A stretch of DNA of 64,000 nt from an uncultured Oscillibacter sp. (GTDB taxonomy: Bacteria > Bacillota > Clostridia > Oscillospirales > Oscillospiraceae): contig CAJTZK010000010.1 in the NCBI GenBank assembly GCA_910583785.1, positions 7,338 to 71,337 of the forward strand, written 5' to 3'. A program made the position numbers and the translations under genes. The stretch's first letter is position 1. Each line of letters begins with the position of its first letter. This document shows, in pieces, positions 19,751 through 29,362 of the stretch. The notes under the pieces were generated by a model. That model was not told where the DNA came from. It worked only from the letters and a program-made list of their open reading frames with translations, and searched no databases.

Positions 19751-20054
19751 ACTTCTTTTCTCCTTTTCAAATGGTTTTCCCGAAAAGCAGAACGGCCCCC
19801 AAAAAGTTCCGGCCCCCGCGCTTTGCAAAGCGCGGGGAAAGGGAGTACTCCCTTTCCAAAATTCTCCTGGGAACAGACCGTCGTGCCCTCTGGCAAATAC
19901 GCCCGTATTCTAGCATAGGAGAGGGCCGCAAGTCAAGGAGACTATACCAAATTTGTACAGTTCCAAAGAAATGAACCAGCATTTTTGTGGATACTATCTA
20001 AGGCTGAAACCCAATGATTTCCAAAGACATCCAGCTTTCCGGCAAAGGGGCTTT

Positions 20055-21911
20055 TCATGGCCGGGAGGCCTGTTCCCCAACCCCGGCCCGCCAGTCCCGG
20101 ATGGCCTTTAAAAAGGCCTCTCCATAGCGTTCCGCCTTGACGCGGCCCACGCCGGAGACCTGTAAAAACTCCTCCATATCCAGGGGGCGGTGGGCCGCCA
20201 TGTCCGCCAGGGAGGCGTTGGTGAAGACGACGTAGGCGGGGACCCCCGCCTCCTGGGCCAGGCGGAAGCGGAGGGCTTTCAGAGCCGCCAGCAGGCTGCT
20301 GTCCGTCTCCTGGGCGATAGCCCGGGGAGCGGTGTTGGAGGACCCGCTTTCCGCCGGGAGGGGGGCTTCCGCCCGCTCCCGGATGGAGACCCGCTTTCCC
20401 CGGAAGAGCACCTCCCCCGCCTGGGCCGTCAGCCGGAGGACGGGATATTCCTCCCCCTCGGTGCGGAGATAGCCCTCTTCGGTCAAAAAATCGATGTACC
20501 GCTGGATGCGGTCCCGGTCCAGGCCCTTCAGGGCCCCGTGGGTGGGGAGCTGGTCCAGGCCCAGCTGGAGGACCCGTTTATCCCGGCTGCCCCGGAGGAG
20601 CTTGATGATGGCGGCGGCCCCCAGGCCATAGGCATAGCGTTTTTCCACCCGGGCCACGGCGGAGAGGATTTTCTGGGCCTCCACGGTGATGTCCCGGTCC
20701 GTAAAGTCTCCGGCGCAGTTCCCGCAGTTTCCGCAGTTTCCCCCGTGGATTTCCCCGAAGTAGTCCAGAAGGTCCGCCCGGAGGCAGCCTCCGGTTTTGC
20801 AGTAGCGCACCATCCGGTCCAGGCGGGCAAGGTCCCGGCGGAGACGGTCCGGGTCCCCCTCCTGGGCCTCCTGGGAGCTGGTGATGAGGAATTTCGCCGT
20901 CCGCACGTCCCCGGGGGCGTAGAGCAGGACGCAGCGGGCGGGGCTGCCGTCCCGGCCTGCCCGGCCCGCCTCCTGGTAATAACTCTCCAGGTCCTTGGGC
21001 ATGTTGTAGTGGACCACAAAGCTGACGTTGGATTTGTCGATGCCCATGCCAAAGGCGTTGGTGGCCACCATAACCCGGGCCTGGTCGTAGACGAAGCCCT
21101 CCTGGCTCTGGCGGCGCGCGGCGTCCTCCATTCCGGCGTGATACCGGGCGGCGGGGATGCCCCGGGCCAGCAGGGAGGCGGTGACGGCGTCCACGGTCTT
21201 CCGGGTGGCGCAGTAGACAATGCCGCTCTGCCCCGGCCGCTCCGCCAGGAAGCGGTGGAGCCACTGGTCCTTGTCCCCGGCCCGGACCACCTCAAAAAAG
21301 AGGTTGGGCCTGTCAAAGCCTGTAGTGATGCGCAAGGGGTCCCGGAGCTCCAGCAGGGACTCGATGTCCCGGCGCACCGCCGCCGTGGCGGTGGCGGTAA
21401 AGGCCCCCACCGGGGGCCGGACGGGCAGGGAGCGCAGCAGCTCCGCAATTTCCAGGTAGCTGGGCCGGAAGTCCTGGCCCCACTGGGAGACACAGTGGGC
21501 CTCGTCCACGGCCACCAGGGAGACGGGCAGCTCCGCCAGCAGGCGGCGGAAGCCCCCGGCCTGGAGACGCTCCGGCGCGATGTACAGGAGCTTGCACTCC
21601 CCCCGGCGGACCCGGCGGCAGACCTCCCGGTATTCCTCCGCGTCCAGGGAGGAGTTGAGGTACGCGGCGGGAATGCCCGCCTGGGACAGGGCGGCCACCT
21701 GGTCCTTCATCAGGGAGATAAGGGGGGAGAGCACCAGGGCCAGCCCTGGCAGAAGCAGGGCCGGGAGCTGGTAGCACACCGATTTCCCCGCCCCGGTGGG
21801 CATGACGCCCAGGGCGTCCCGGCCGGACAGCAGGGCGCCGATCAGCGGCTCCTGCCCGGGGCGGAAGCCGCCGTGGCCGAAATACTGTTTTAAGAGCGCG
21901 CGCTTGTCCAT
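20055..21911 (-). CDS. recQ: DNA helicase RecQ
   Basis: PTGAGKS, DEAHCVSQWG, QEAGRAGRDG, RQC cysteines, HRDC-like C-terminus. Confidence 0.97.
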   Translation of the reverse strand: MDKRALLKQYFGHGGFRPGQEPLIGALLSGRDALGVMPTGAGKSVCYQLPALLLPGLALVLSPLISLMKDQVAALSQAGIPAAYLNSSLDAEEYREVCRRVRRGECKLLYIAPERLQAGGFRRLLAELPVSLVAVDEAHCVSQWGQDFRPSYLEIAELLRSLPVRPPVGAFTATATAAVRRDIESLLELRDPLRITTGFDRPNLFFEVVRAGDKDQWLHRFLAERPGQSGIVYCATRKTVDAVTASLLARGIPAARYHAGMEDAARRQSQEGFVYDQARVMVATNAFGMGIDKSNVSFVVHYNMPKDLESYYQEAGRAGRDGSPARCVLLYAPGDVRTAKFLITSSQEAQEGDPDRLRRDLARLDRMVRYCKTGGCLRADLLDYFGEIHGGNCGNCGNCAGDFTDRDITVEAQKILSAVARVEKRYAYGLGAAAIIKLLRGSRDKRVLQLGLDQLPTHGALKGLDRDRIQRYIDFLTEEGYLRTEGEEYPVLRLTAQAGEVLFRGKRVSIRERAEAPLPAESGSSNTAPRAIAQETDSSLLAALKALRFRLAQEAGVPAYVVFTNASLADMAAHRPLDMEEFLQVSGVGRVKAERYGEAFLKAIRDWRAGVGEQASRP

Positions 21912-21931
21912 GGGGCGGGCCTCCTGTGTCC

Positions 21932-22690
21932 TTATTTTTGCGCAAGGATCAAGTAGCGGTGGATGGTTCCCTGGATTTTCCCGCTTCGTCCGATGTCTTC
22001 CTGCAAGGCGAGGAGGCGGTCAAAGCAGCGGTCCACGGAGAAGCCGGGGAACTCCCATTCGATGACCCGGGCAAACCAGACAAAGGCCCCCACGTCGTAA
22101 AAGAAGATGGGCCGGAAGGCCTCCTCGCCCCGGAAAATCCGGAAGCCCGCCTTTTCAAAGGCCTCCCGCTGCTCCCGGAGATTCCTGTGGGGGAAGGGCT
22201 TGGGGGTCCCCGGGAGCACCCGCTCCACCAAGTCCCGCTCGTTGTCCTCCCCCACCTGCTCCGTGAGGAAGACGCCGCCGGGCCTCAAGAGCCGGAAGAG
22301 CTCCCCGGGGTCAAAGGCCCCGTGGCGGTTGAGGATGATGTCGAAGGATCCGTCCGGGAAGGGGATCGCCGCCGGGTCCGCGCACTCCCGGAAGTCGATG
22401 CCCAGGGGCGGGAGGACCTCCCGGCAGAGCTTCACGTTGGGGGGCCAGCCCTCCGTGGCGGCGGTCCGTTCCGCCGGGTGCCCCAGGGAGCGCAGGAACT
22501 CGCCGCCCCCGGTGTCGCAGTCCAGGAGGTCCATGTCCTCCCGGAGGTATTCCCGGACCAGGCCGCGGTAATCCCAGGGCAGGTCGTGCTCCTCCTCAAA
22601 CCGGCCCCGGATGTGGGAGAAGTCCCAGCCGCGGATGCGGGCCTGGGTCTCCTCCTCTTTCCAGAGGGCCTTCCATTCCGCATCGGTCAT
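21932..22690 (-). CDS. Class I SAM-dependent methyltransferase
   Basis: GWDFSH, LLDCDTGGGE, FDIILNRHG. Confidence 0.85.
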   Translation of the reverse strand: MTDAEWKALWKEEETQARIRGWDFSHIRGRFEEEHDLPWDYRGLVREYLREDMDLLDCDTGGGEFLRSLGHPAERTAATEGWPPNVKLCREVLPPLGIDFRECADPAAIPFPDGSFDIILNRHGAFDPGELFRLLRPGGVFLTEQVGEDNERDLVERVLPGTPKPFPHRNLREQREAFEKAGFRIFRGEEAFRPIFFYDVGAFVWFARVIEWEFPGFSVDRCFDRLLALQEDIGRSGKIQGTIHRYLILAQK

Positions 22691-22866
22691 GGGCCCGCCT
22701 CCTTTCCTCCCTGTAAAACAGCGGCAGATGATTCTGATTTTACCACGGGACCCGCCATAATTCAAGGAGGACGCGCCCCCGGCCGCCTTCCCGGGCCGCC
22801 GGGGCATTGACGTCCCAGCCGGGCGGGGGTATAATCAAAGCCGTTTACAAGAAAGGGGGGCGGCGC

Positions 22867-23329
22867 ATGGAGCTGGTCTACCAAAAAGCGGGAATCGAAG
22901 ACCTGGATATCTTGACAGAAACCAGGATCGAAGTGCTGCGGGCCGCGAATGGACTGCCCGGAAGCGCGGACATGGGCGAGGTAAAAAAGGCGGGCCCGCC
23001 AGTACTATCAAAGGGCGCTCCCGGACGGTACGCACGCCGCCTATCTGGTATGGGATGGCGGGCGAGCCGCGGGCTCCGGCGGCGTCAGCTTCTTTCAGGT
23101 CATGCCCGCCTATCACAATCCCAGCGGGGAAAAGGCGTATATCATGAATATGTATACGCATCCCGAATACTGGAGAAGGGGCATTGCGCGCAAACTCCTG
23201 GACCTCCTTGTACAGGAGGCCAGGGACCGGGGCGTTACGGCCATTTCCCTGGAGGCTGCCGCCATGGGGAGGCCGCTGTATGAAGCATACGGCTTTGTCA
23301 GCATGAAGCGTGAGATGGAACTTCCCTAG
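22867..23329 (+). pseudogene. GNAT acetyltransferase with a 1-nt frameshift
   Basis: N-terminus MELVYQKAG in one frame; continuation QYYQRAL...VSFFQVMPAYHNPSG...YEAYGF in the +1 frame; span is 3n+1; A6 run at 22983-22988. Confidence 0.8.
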
Positions 23330-23446
23330 GCAAGCGTCCCGGACTGCCCCGGGCGCGCGGCGGCGGCCAGGGGACGTCTTGACGTTTTCCCCGCTCCGCA
23401 GTAGAATGGCAGCAATTGGCATCTTTACAAAACCAGGAGGCGAACC

Positions 23447-24160
23447 ATGGAGCGTACCGACCTGATTGTCTGCCGGGACCTGTCCCTGGGCTACGAGGGG
23501 CAGAGCGTCCTGAGCCATTTGAACCTTCATATCCGGGCCGGGGACTACCTCTGCATCGTGGGGGACAACGGCTCCGGGAAGTCCACCTTGCTCCGTGGGC
23601 TCCTGGGCCTCCTGCCGCCCCTGTCGGGGACCATCCAGCGGGCGGCGGAGCTGGAACGGGGAGCCGTGGGCTACCTCCCCCAGCAGACCCGGGCCCAGCG
23701 GGACTTCCCCGCCACGGTGGAAGAGGTGGTCCTCTCCGGCTTCCTGAACCGGAAGGGCCTGGGGTTCTTTTACTCTGCGGCCCAGCGGTCCCAGGCGCTG
23801 ATGAACCTGGGGAAGCTGGGAGCCCTGGAACTGAAAAACCAGAGCTACCGGGACCTCTCCGGGGGCCAGCAGCAGAGGGTGCTCCTGGCCCGGGCCCTGT
23901 GTGCCGCCAGCCGCCTTCTGATTCTGGACGAGCCCGTCACCGGGCTGGACCCCGCCGCCGCCCAGGACCTCTACAAGACCCTGGCCTATTTGAATAAGAA
24001 AGAGGGCATGGCCCTGGTTATGGTGACCCACGACCTGCGCCCCGCCCTCCGGGAGGCGGGAGCCGTCCTGCATATCGGCCACGGGGGGACCTTCCTGGGG
24101 TCCCCGGCGGAATATCTGGCCTCCCCTTACGGGAGGCGGTTCAAGGAGGCGGCGGAATGA
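23447..24160 (+). CDS. Metal (Zn/Mn) ABC transporter ATPase
   Basis: GDNGSGKST, GYLPQ, FPATVEEVV, LSGGQQQR. Confidence 0.9.
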   Translation: MERTDLIVCRDLSLGYEGQSVLSHLNLHIRAGDYLCIVGDNGSGKSTLLRGLLGLLPPLSGTIQRAAELERGAVGYLPQQTRAQRDFPATVEEVVLSGFLNRKGLGFFYSAAQRSQALMNLGKLGALELKNQSYRDLSGGQQQRVLLARALCAASRLLILDEPVTGLDPAAAQDLYKTLAYLNKKEGMALVMVTHDLRPALREAGAVLHIGHGGTFLGSPAEYLASPYGRRFKEAAE

Positions 24161-24969
24161 GCTTGTGGGAGATGTTTTCCTTTCCCTTCATCCAGCGGGC
24201 CCTCGTTGCCGGGGCTCTGGTGAGCCTGTGCGCGGCCCTGCTGGGGGTGCCCCTGGTGCTGAAGCGGTATTCCATGATTGGGGACGGCCTCAGCCACGTG
24301 TCCTTCGGGGCCCTGGCCGTGGCGGTGGCCCTGGGGTTCACGCCGCTGTATTTCTCGATCCCCGTGGTGGTGGCGGCGGCCTTCCTCCTCCTCCGGGTGG
24401 CGGACAGCCCCCGGTGGAACAGCGACGCCGCCATCGCCGTGGTCAGCGCCTCCTCCCTGGCCCTGGGGGTGCTGGTGATCTCCAAGACCTCCGGCATGAC
24501 CACGGACGTGGACAACTACATGTTCGGCAGCGTCCTGGCCATGAGCAGGGCGGACGTGGCCCTGTCCGTGGTCCTCTGCGCCGCAGTGCTGGCGCTGTTC
24601 AGCTTGTTCTACCACCGGATTTTCGCCGTGACCTTCGACGAGAGCTTCTCCCGGGCCACGGGGCTGCGGGCGGAGCGGTACAACGCACTCCTCGCCCTCC
24701 TGACGGCGCTGACCATCGTGCTGGGGATGCGGATGATGGGAGCCATGCTGATTTCCTCCCTGGTGATCTTCCCCGCGCTGGCGGCCATGCGGCTTTTCCG
24801 GAGCTTCCGGGGGGTGACCCTCTGCGCCGCCGTCACGTCGGTGGCCTGCTTCTGCGCGGGGCTGGCCGTGTCCTTCGCCTGGTCCACGCCAGTGGGGGCC
24901 ACGGTGGTGGCGGCCAACCTGGCAATGTTCCTCCTGGCCTGCGCCATAGCGGCCATGCGGCGGAAGTGA
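24157..24969 (+). CDS. Metal (Zn/Mn) ABC transporter permease
   Basis: SMIGDGLSHVSFG, YMFGSVL; ZnuB-like. Confidence 0.9.
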   Translation: MSLWEMFSFPFIQRALVAGALVSLCAALLGVPLVLKRYSMIGDGLSHVSFGALAVAVALGFTPLYFSIPVVVAAAFLLLRVADSPRWNSDAAIAVVSASSLALGVLVISKTSGMTTDVDNYMFGSVLAMSRADVALSVVLCAAVLALFSLFYHRIFAVTFDESFSRATGLRAERYNALLALLTALTIVLGMRMMGAMLISSLVIFPALAAMRLFRSFRGVTLCAAVTSVACFCAGLAVSFAWSTPVGATVVAANLAMFLLACAIAAMRRK

Positions 24970-24999
24970 ACGCAAAAACGGCCCGCAGAAGCGGGCCGT

Positions 25000-25221
25000 T
25001 CATCGTCTGCGGGGATAAGGCCTGGGGTCGTCGGTCAGCTCCAGGAGATAATCCACGCTGGTGTTATAAAACTTAGCCAGGGAGCAGAGAACCTGGGGCG
25101 TCAGCATCCGCTGGCCGCTTTCGTAGTAGGCATAGGTCCTCTGGGAGACGCCGACGGTTTCTCCCAATTGTTTTTGTGTCAAATCACAGTCCTCCCGCAG
25201 GTCTCGGATTCTCCGGTACAT
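25000..25221 (-). CDS. XRE-family HTH regulator, cassette 2
   Basis: MYRRIRDLREDCDLTQ...YAYYESG...TSVDYLL; GGGGTGA SD. Confidence 0.9.
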   Translation of the reverse strand: MYRRIRDLREDCDLTQKQLGETVGVSQRTYAYYESGQRMLTPQVLCSLAKFYNTSVDYLLELTDDPRPYPRRR

Positions 25222-25248
25222 CAGCATCACCCCAAAAGAGCATACGCG

Positions 25249-25293
25249 AGAACAATATATTCTATTTACATTTTGAATAAATTGTTCTATAAT
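25249..25293 (+). promoter_or_regulatory. Promoter plus inverted-repeat operator candidate, cassette 2
   Basis: TTTACA(25265)-N17-TATAAT(25288); AGAACAATATATTC-N12-GAATAAATTGTTCT (13/14 dyad). Confidence 0.75.
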
Positions 25294-25311
25294 AAGGCTG
25301 AGGTGATGATA

Positions 25312-25482
25312 ATGTCTTACAAGGAACTCTACTTAAAACTCTTTTCCGGCATGACGGACGCCCTGGCGGCCCTGCAAAGCGGACAGGTGCTTTCCGCCAT
25401 GCACATTCTGCTCCGCGCATCGGAGGCGGCGGAAGCCGCCCGGATGGAGGCGGACATCCTGCCGGATGTGCCGCTGGAGTGA
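25312..25482 (+). CDS. Small helical hypothetical protein (56 aa), cassette 2
   Basis: GAGGTG SD; MSYKELYLKLFSGMTDAL; directly follows a consensus promoter. Confidence 0.7.
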   Translation: MSYKELYLKLFSGMTDALAALQSGQVLSAMHILLRASEAAEAARMEADILPDVPLE

Positions 25483-25619
25483 CAGAGCCCCGGTCCGCCT
25501 TCCAGCTTCAAAAATAAATTTCTGAAATGGAAGAAAACACTTGCATTTTGAAAACTGGCGTGCTATACTGACAAATGCTGTTATAGCGCACTTCGTTTTA
25601 GAAAGGGGTGAACAGAGCA

Positions 25620-25823
25620 ATGAAGGAAGGAATCCATCCCAATTATCAGCAGACTACGATTACATGCGCCTGCGGTAATGTGATTGAGACAGGTTCTACC
25701 AAGAAGGATATCAAGGTGGAAGTCTGCTCTAAGTGTCACCCCTTCTTCACCGGCAAGCAGAAGCTGGTGGACACCGGCGGCCGGGTCGCGAAGTTCAACA
25801 AGAGGTTCGGCCTGGACAAGTGA
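25620..25823 (+). CDS. rpmE: 50S ribosomal protein L31 (Zn-ribbon type)
   Basis: [25 protein letters not shown]; promoter TTGCAT-N17-TATACT at 25541-25569; terminator near 25843-25877. Confidence 0.98.
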   Translation: MKEGIHPNYQQTTITCACGNVIETGSTKKDIKVEVCSKCHPFFTGKQKLVDTGGRVAKFNKRFGLDK

Positions 25824-25984
25824 GTCCGACACAGTCACATTCAAAAGAGCGCGCCGTAGTCCGGCGCGCTCTTTTTTGTTCTTTCCGTAGAGGGACTGGG
25901 CTGGATGGCGGGAAGGAAAGGTGCGTGCGGGAAATCCAGGAGGGGTTTCCCGCGCCATTGCAATCCCATGTTTTCCAGAACGGC

Positions 25985-26295
25985 TCCGTTCTGGAAAACA
26001 CGCCCGGCAGAATCATCGGCGGGCTGGGCGTGACCGGACATGATTTCCGCGGCCGGAAGGACCTTGCCCCCATGTCTGCGCGGTGTATACGGAAGAGGAC
26101 CGGAGGGGGAGGGGAACCGCCGGGGCCCTGCTGCGGGCCGCGTGTGCCGGTATGAAAGCCAGGGCAGTGGAGCTATGATACCTGGTTACGGACCATGCGG
26201 CCTTTTACGAGCGCTATGGCTGGGAATTTTTCTGCATGGTCCAGGAAGACGGGGAACCGGGGCTGTCCAGGATGTATATTCACCGGGAGGCATAA
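25985..26295 (+). pseudogene. Degraded GNAT acetyltransferase remnant
   Basis: Fragments in shifting frames: IIGGLGVTGHDFRGRKDLAP / VCAVYTEED / YLVTDHAAFYERYGWEFFCMVQEDGEPGLSRMYIHREA*. Confidence 0.7.
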
Positions 26296-26350
26296 AGCGG
26301 GAGGTTTTCCGCGCGGGCCCTGGAAGGTGTTTTTTTACAAAGGAGGAAGT

Positions 26351-26974
26351 ATGGAAGAACTGGACCCCAGGCAGACGCCCCGCGCCCAGGCCTTTGCCCT
26401 CTGGATGAAGGCCCCCATGCCCATGGTGACGCTGTCCAAGACCCTGGACGTCACCCGGCTGGTGAGGCTGGGCCGCAAGCCGGGCTTGAAATTCAACCTG
26501 CTGCTGTGCTGGTGCATTGGAAGAGCCGCCGCCCAGATGGAGGAGTTTTACACCCTCCCGGTGGGGGACAAGCTGGTCCGGTATGGAAACCTGGCCGTCA
26601 GCACAGTGGTGGCCCTCCGGGATGGGGGCATCGCCACCTGCGATCTCCCGCTTTCCGGGAGCCTGGACCAGTTCCGGCAGGACTACCTGGACCTCACGGC
26701 CCGGGTGCGGGAGACTGGCGCGCCCTATGATTTGAATGGCGATTACATGGTCATCGGGGCCTCGGCCCTGCCGCAGACGGAGATCGACGGGGCGGTGAAT
26801 CTCTACGCCGGGTTTTACAACAACCCCTTCCTGGCCTGGGGAAAGTACCGGAAGACCTTCCGGCGGGCCACCCTGCCCATCTCCTTCCAGTTCCACCACA
26901 CGCAGATAGACGGCGGCCACGCCGCCCGGCTTCTGGAGAACCTCCAGGGAGAAATAAACGCCTGCCGCGCTTGA
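26351..26974 (+). CDS. CatA-like O-acetyltransferase
   Basis: PFLAWGKY, QFHHTQIDGGH (CAT HHxxxDG motif). Confidence 0.85.
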   Translation: MEELDPRQTPRAQAFALWMKAPMPMVTLSKTLDVTRLVRLGRKPGLKFNLLLCWCIGRAAAQMEEFYTLPVGDKLVRYGNLAVSTVVALRDGGIATCDLPLSGSLDQFRQDYLDLTARVRETGAPYDLNGDYMVIGASALPQTEIDGAVNLYAGFYNNPFLAWGKYRKTFRRATLPISFQFHHTQIDGGHAARLLENLQGEINACRA

Positions 26975-27150
26975 GGCATAGCCGCCGCTGGAGCGGCGGG
27001 AGGCCCCTTGGCTTCTGCCCGGGGGCATCCGGAGGTCCCGGGCGGCGGCGCCAAGAACCGCCGGATATCCCGGGAAAAAGAAGGTTGCGTTTTTCCGGAA
27101 AACGCATATACTGGAAACAGCGAACTTCCATAAGAAAGGAGTCCTCCGCC

Positions 27151-27678
27151 ATGCGCTTACATCTCGCGGACCCCCAAACCGTTATCCGGGAAATCCTCCC
27201 GGCCCTGGGGGTGGAAAACGCCCTGCTCACCGCCGGAACGGCGGGCCGCTGCAATACCATGACCATCGGCTGGTGCCAGGCGGGACGGCTGTGGGGCCTG
27301 CAAACCTGCACGGTCTACGTGCGTCCGGAGCGGTATACGTATCAGTTTATGGAGGGAGCGGAGTATTTCACCGTCTCCGTCCTCCCCCCGGATAGGAAAG
27401 AGGCCATGGCCCTCTGCGGCACGAAGAGCGGCCGGAACATGGACAAAATCAAGGAGTGCGGCCTGACGGTCCGCACGGGCGCGGGCGGCGCCCCCTTCTT
27501 TGAGGAGGCGGAGCTGGCGCTGGTGTGCCGGACCCTCTACGCCCAGGACCTGGACCCCGCCTGCGTCCTCCCCGCCGGGGAGGGGAAAATCCTGCCTAGC
27601 TACGGGGCCAAGGGCGGGTGGCACCGGGTCTACACGGGCGAAATTGTGGAGGCGTACCAGAAAACAATTGACAATTGA
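27151..27678 (+). CDS. Flavin reductase family protein
   Basis: NTMTIGW, VRPERYT, CGTKSGRNMDK, HRVYTGEI. Confidence 0.85.
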   Translation: MRLHLADPQTVIREILPALGVENALLTAGTAGRCNTMTIGWCQAGRLWGLQTCTVYVRPERYTYQFMEGAEYFTVSVLPPDRKEAMALCGTKSGRNMDKIKECGLTVRTGAGGAPFFEEAELALVCRTLYAQDLDPACVLPAGEGKILPSYGAKGGWHRVYTGEIVEAYQKTIDN

Positions 27679-27781
27679 TAATGGATAATGGACAATGAGG
27701 AGGTTAAAGAAGCTGGCCCCGTTAGAAGAAGCCGCTCCCGCAAACTCCCCATTGTCAATTATCAATTGTCCATTCTCAATT
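27664..27781. repeat. Inverted arrays of 7-bp tandem repeats
   Basis: ACAATTG-ACAATTG-ATAATGG-ATAATGG-ACAATGA ... CATTGTC-AATTATC-AATTGTC-CATTCTC-AATT. Confidence 0.8.
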
Positions 27782-27794
27782 AAAAAGAGGTATT

Positions 27795-29066
27795 ATGCAA
27801 GAGACAGACAAGATTCGAGACAAGGTGGTCCTGGTGGGCCTGAATTCCCCGGTCCTCAAACGGGAGGAGAACGCCGGGGAGGACACCCTGGAGGAGCTGT
27901 CCGCCCTGGTAGAAACCGCCGGAGGGGAGACCGTGGGTATGGTCCTCCAGAACCGGAATTCCCCGGACCCCAGGACCTTCATCGGCGAGGGCAAGTGCGC
28001 CGAGGTGAAGCTCTACTGCGAGAACACGGAAGCCACCATGGTCATCTTCGACAACGACCTGTCCCCCTCCCAGCTCCGGGTCTTGACGGAGCTGCTGGGG
28101 GTCCAGGTGCTGGACCGCTGCGGGCTGATTCTGGACATCTTCGCCCAGCGGGCCCGGACCCGGGAGGGGCGGCTCCAGGTGGAGCTGGCCCAGTACCAAT
28201 ACCTGCTGCCCCGGCTCACGGGCATGTGGACCCACCTGGAACGCCAGGCGGGCACCAGCGGCAGCGGGCCCATCGGCTCCAAGGGCCCCGGCGAAACCCA
28301 GCTGGAGACGGACCGGAGGCACATCCACCGGAAGATCGACAAACTCCGGGAGGACCTGGAGGACGTGCGCCGGGTGCGGAACACCCAGCGCCGCCAGCGG
28401 CGGAAAAATGAAATCCCGGTGGTGGCCCTGGTGGGCTATACCAACGCCGGGAAATCCACGCTGCTGAACAGGCTCACCGGGGCGGGCATCCCCGCCAACA
28501 ACCGGCTCTTCGACACCCTGGACACCACCAGCCGCCTCCTCCACGTCAGCGACACCACCGACGCGGTGCTCAGCGACACCGTGGGCTTTATCCGCAAGCT
28601 CCCCCACCAGCTGGTGGAGGCATTCAAGGCCACCCTGGAGGAACTGGAGTACGCGGACCTGCTGGTCCACGTCATCGACGTGTCCAGCCCGGACTGGCAG
28701 GGACAGGCCCAGGTGGTGGAGAACCTGATCCTGGAACTGGGGGCGGGCGGGCTGCCCCGTATTGACGTGTTCAACAAGGCCGACCTCCTGCCCCCGGGGG
28801 AGATCATGCCCCACGGGGAGGACATCTGCGCCATCTCCGCCAAGAGCGGCGCGGGGATGGACAAGCTGCTGGAGATGATTGCCCGGCGGCTGGACAAAGG
28901 GGCCCGGCGGGTCGCCATTCACCTGCCCTATGACCAGGGGGGGCTTTTGGACCTCCTCTATAAGGAGGCCAAGGTGGAGAAGGTGGAGTATGGGGAGACC
29001 ATCGACGTGACGGCGGTGTGCGCCCCCCGGACCCTGGGAAGGGTGGCGGCGTTCATCGGCGGCTGA
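27795..29066 (+). CDS. hflX: GTPase HflX
   Basis: LILDIFAQRA, GPGETQLE, GYTNAGKST, DTVGF, NKAD. Confidence 0.97.
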   Translation: MQETDKIRDKVVLVGLNSPVLKREENAGEDTLEELSALVETAGGETVGMVLQNRNSPDPRTFIGEGKCAEVKLYCENTEATMVIFDNDLSPSQLRVLTELLGVQVLDRCGLILDIFAQRARTREGRLQVELAQYQYLLPRLTGMWTHLERQAGTSGSGPIGSKGPGETQLETDRRHIHRKIDKLREDLEDVRRVRNTQRRQRRKNEIPVVALVGYTNAGKSTLLNRLTGAGIPANNRLFDTLDTTSRLLHVSDTTDAVLSDTVGFIRKLPHQLVEAFKATLEELEYADLLVHVIDVSSPDWQGQAQVVENLILELGAGGLPRIDVFNKADLLPPGEIMPHGEDICAISAKSGAGMDKLLEMIARRLDKGARRVAIHLPYDQGGLLDLLYKEAKVEKVEYGETIDVTAVCAPRTLGRVAAFIGG

Positions 29067-29271
29067 GGGCCAGGCCCTCCCCGGTGCGCAGGCCCAGGAG
29101 GAAGGCCTGGATGGCCGTGAATTCCAGGGCCTTGTCCAGGTCTTCCATTCCGCCGCCATCCAGCTGGCCTTGCAGAAGCTCTATGCGAAGAGCGTAGTCG
29201 CTTTCTTTCGTAAAGGTTCCCAGCTGGGGCTTGATGTAATTGGCGTGAAGCCAGAGCATGAAATCGGACAT
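29053..29271 (-). CDS. Small helical hypothetical protein, cassette 3
   Basis: AAGGAGG SD; C-terminal QAFLLGLRTG resembles the cassette 1 protein. Confidence 0.75.
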   Translation of the reverse strand: MSDFMLWLHANYIKPQLGTFTKESDYALRIELLQGQLDGGGMEDLDKALEFTAIQAFLLGLRTGEGLALSRR

Positions 29272-29297
29272 GGGTACGGCCTCCTTTTTACGGCAAT

Positions 29298-29352
29298 ATA
29301 ATTACGATATATATATCGTAATTATCGTACCATAGTTTTTTCTGAGTGTCAA
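29298..29352 (-). promoter_or_regulatory. Promoter plus perfect 28-bp palindrome, cassette 3
   Basis: Minus-strand TTGACA-N17-TACGAT; ATAATTACGATATA/TATATCGTAATTAT at 29298-29325. Confidence 0.8.
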
Positions 29353-29362
29353 GGGGTAACAC

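Noticed and set aside
17945..19918. Long antisense or alternate-frame ORFs (e.g. 657 aa here, 20190-21893, 47005-48777)
   Set aside because: Shadow ORFs caused by high GC3 opposite well-supported genes; no recognisable motifs.
22983..22989. A_AAA_AAG slippery heptamer suggesting programmed -1 frameshifting
   Set aside because: Restoring the GNAT needs a +1 shift; the -1 frame does not give the GNAT continuation.
26351..26974. Bona fide antibiotic resistance genes (cat here, vat at 44019-44657)
   Set aside because: Only family-level motifs are visible, with host-like codon usage and no mobile context; resistance is unproven.
27664..27781. Possible CRISPR array
   Set aside because: Units are 7 bp with no unique spacers, and no cas genes are present.
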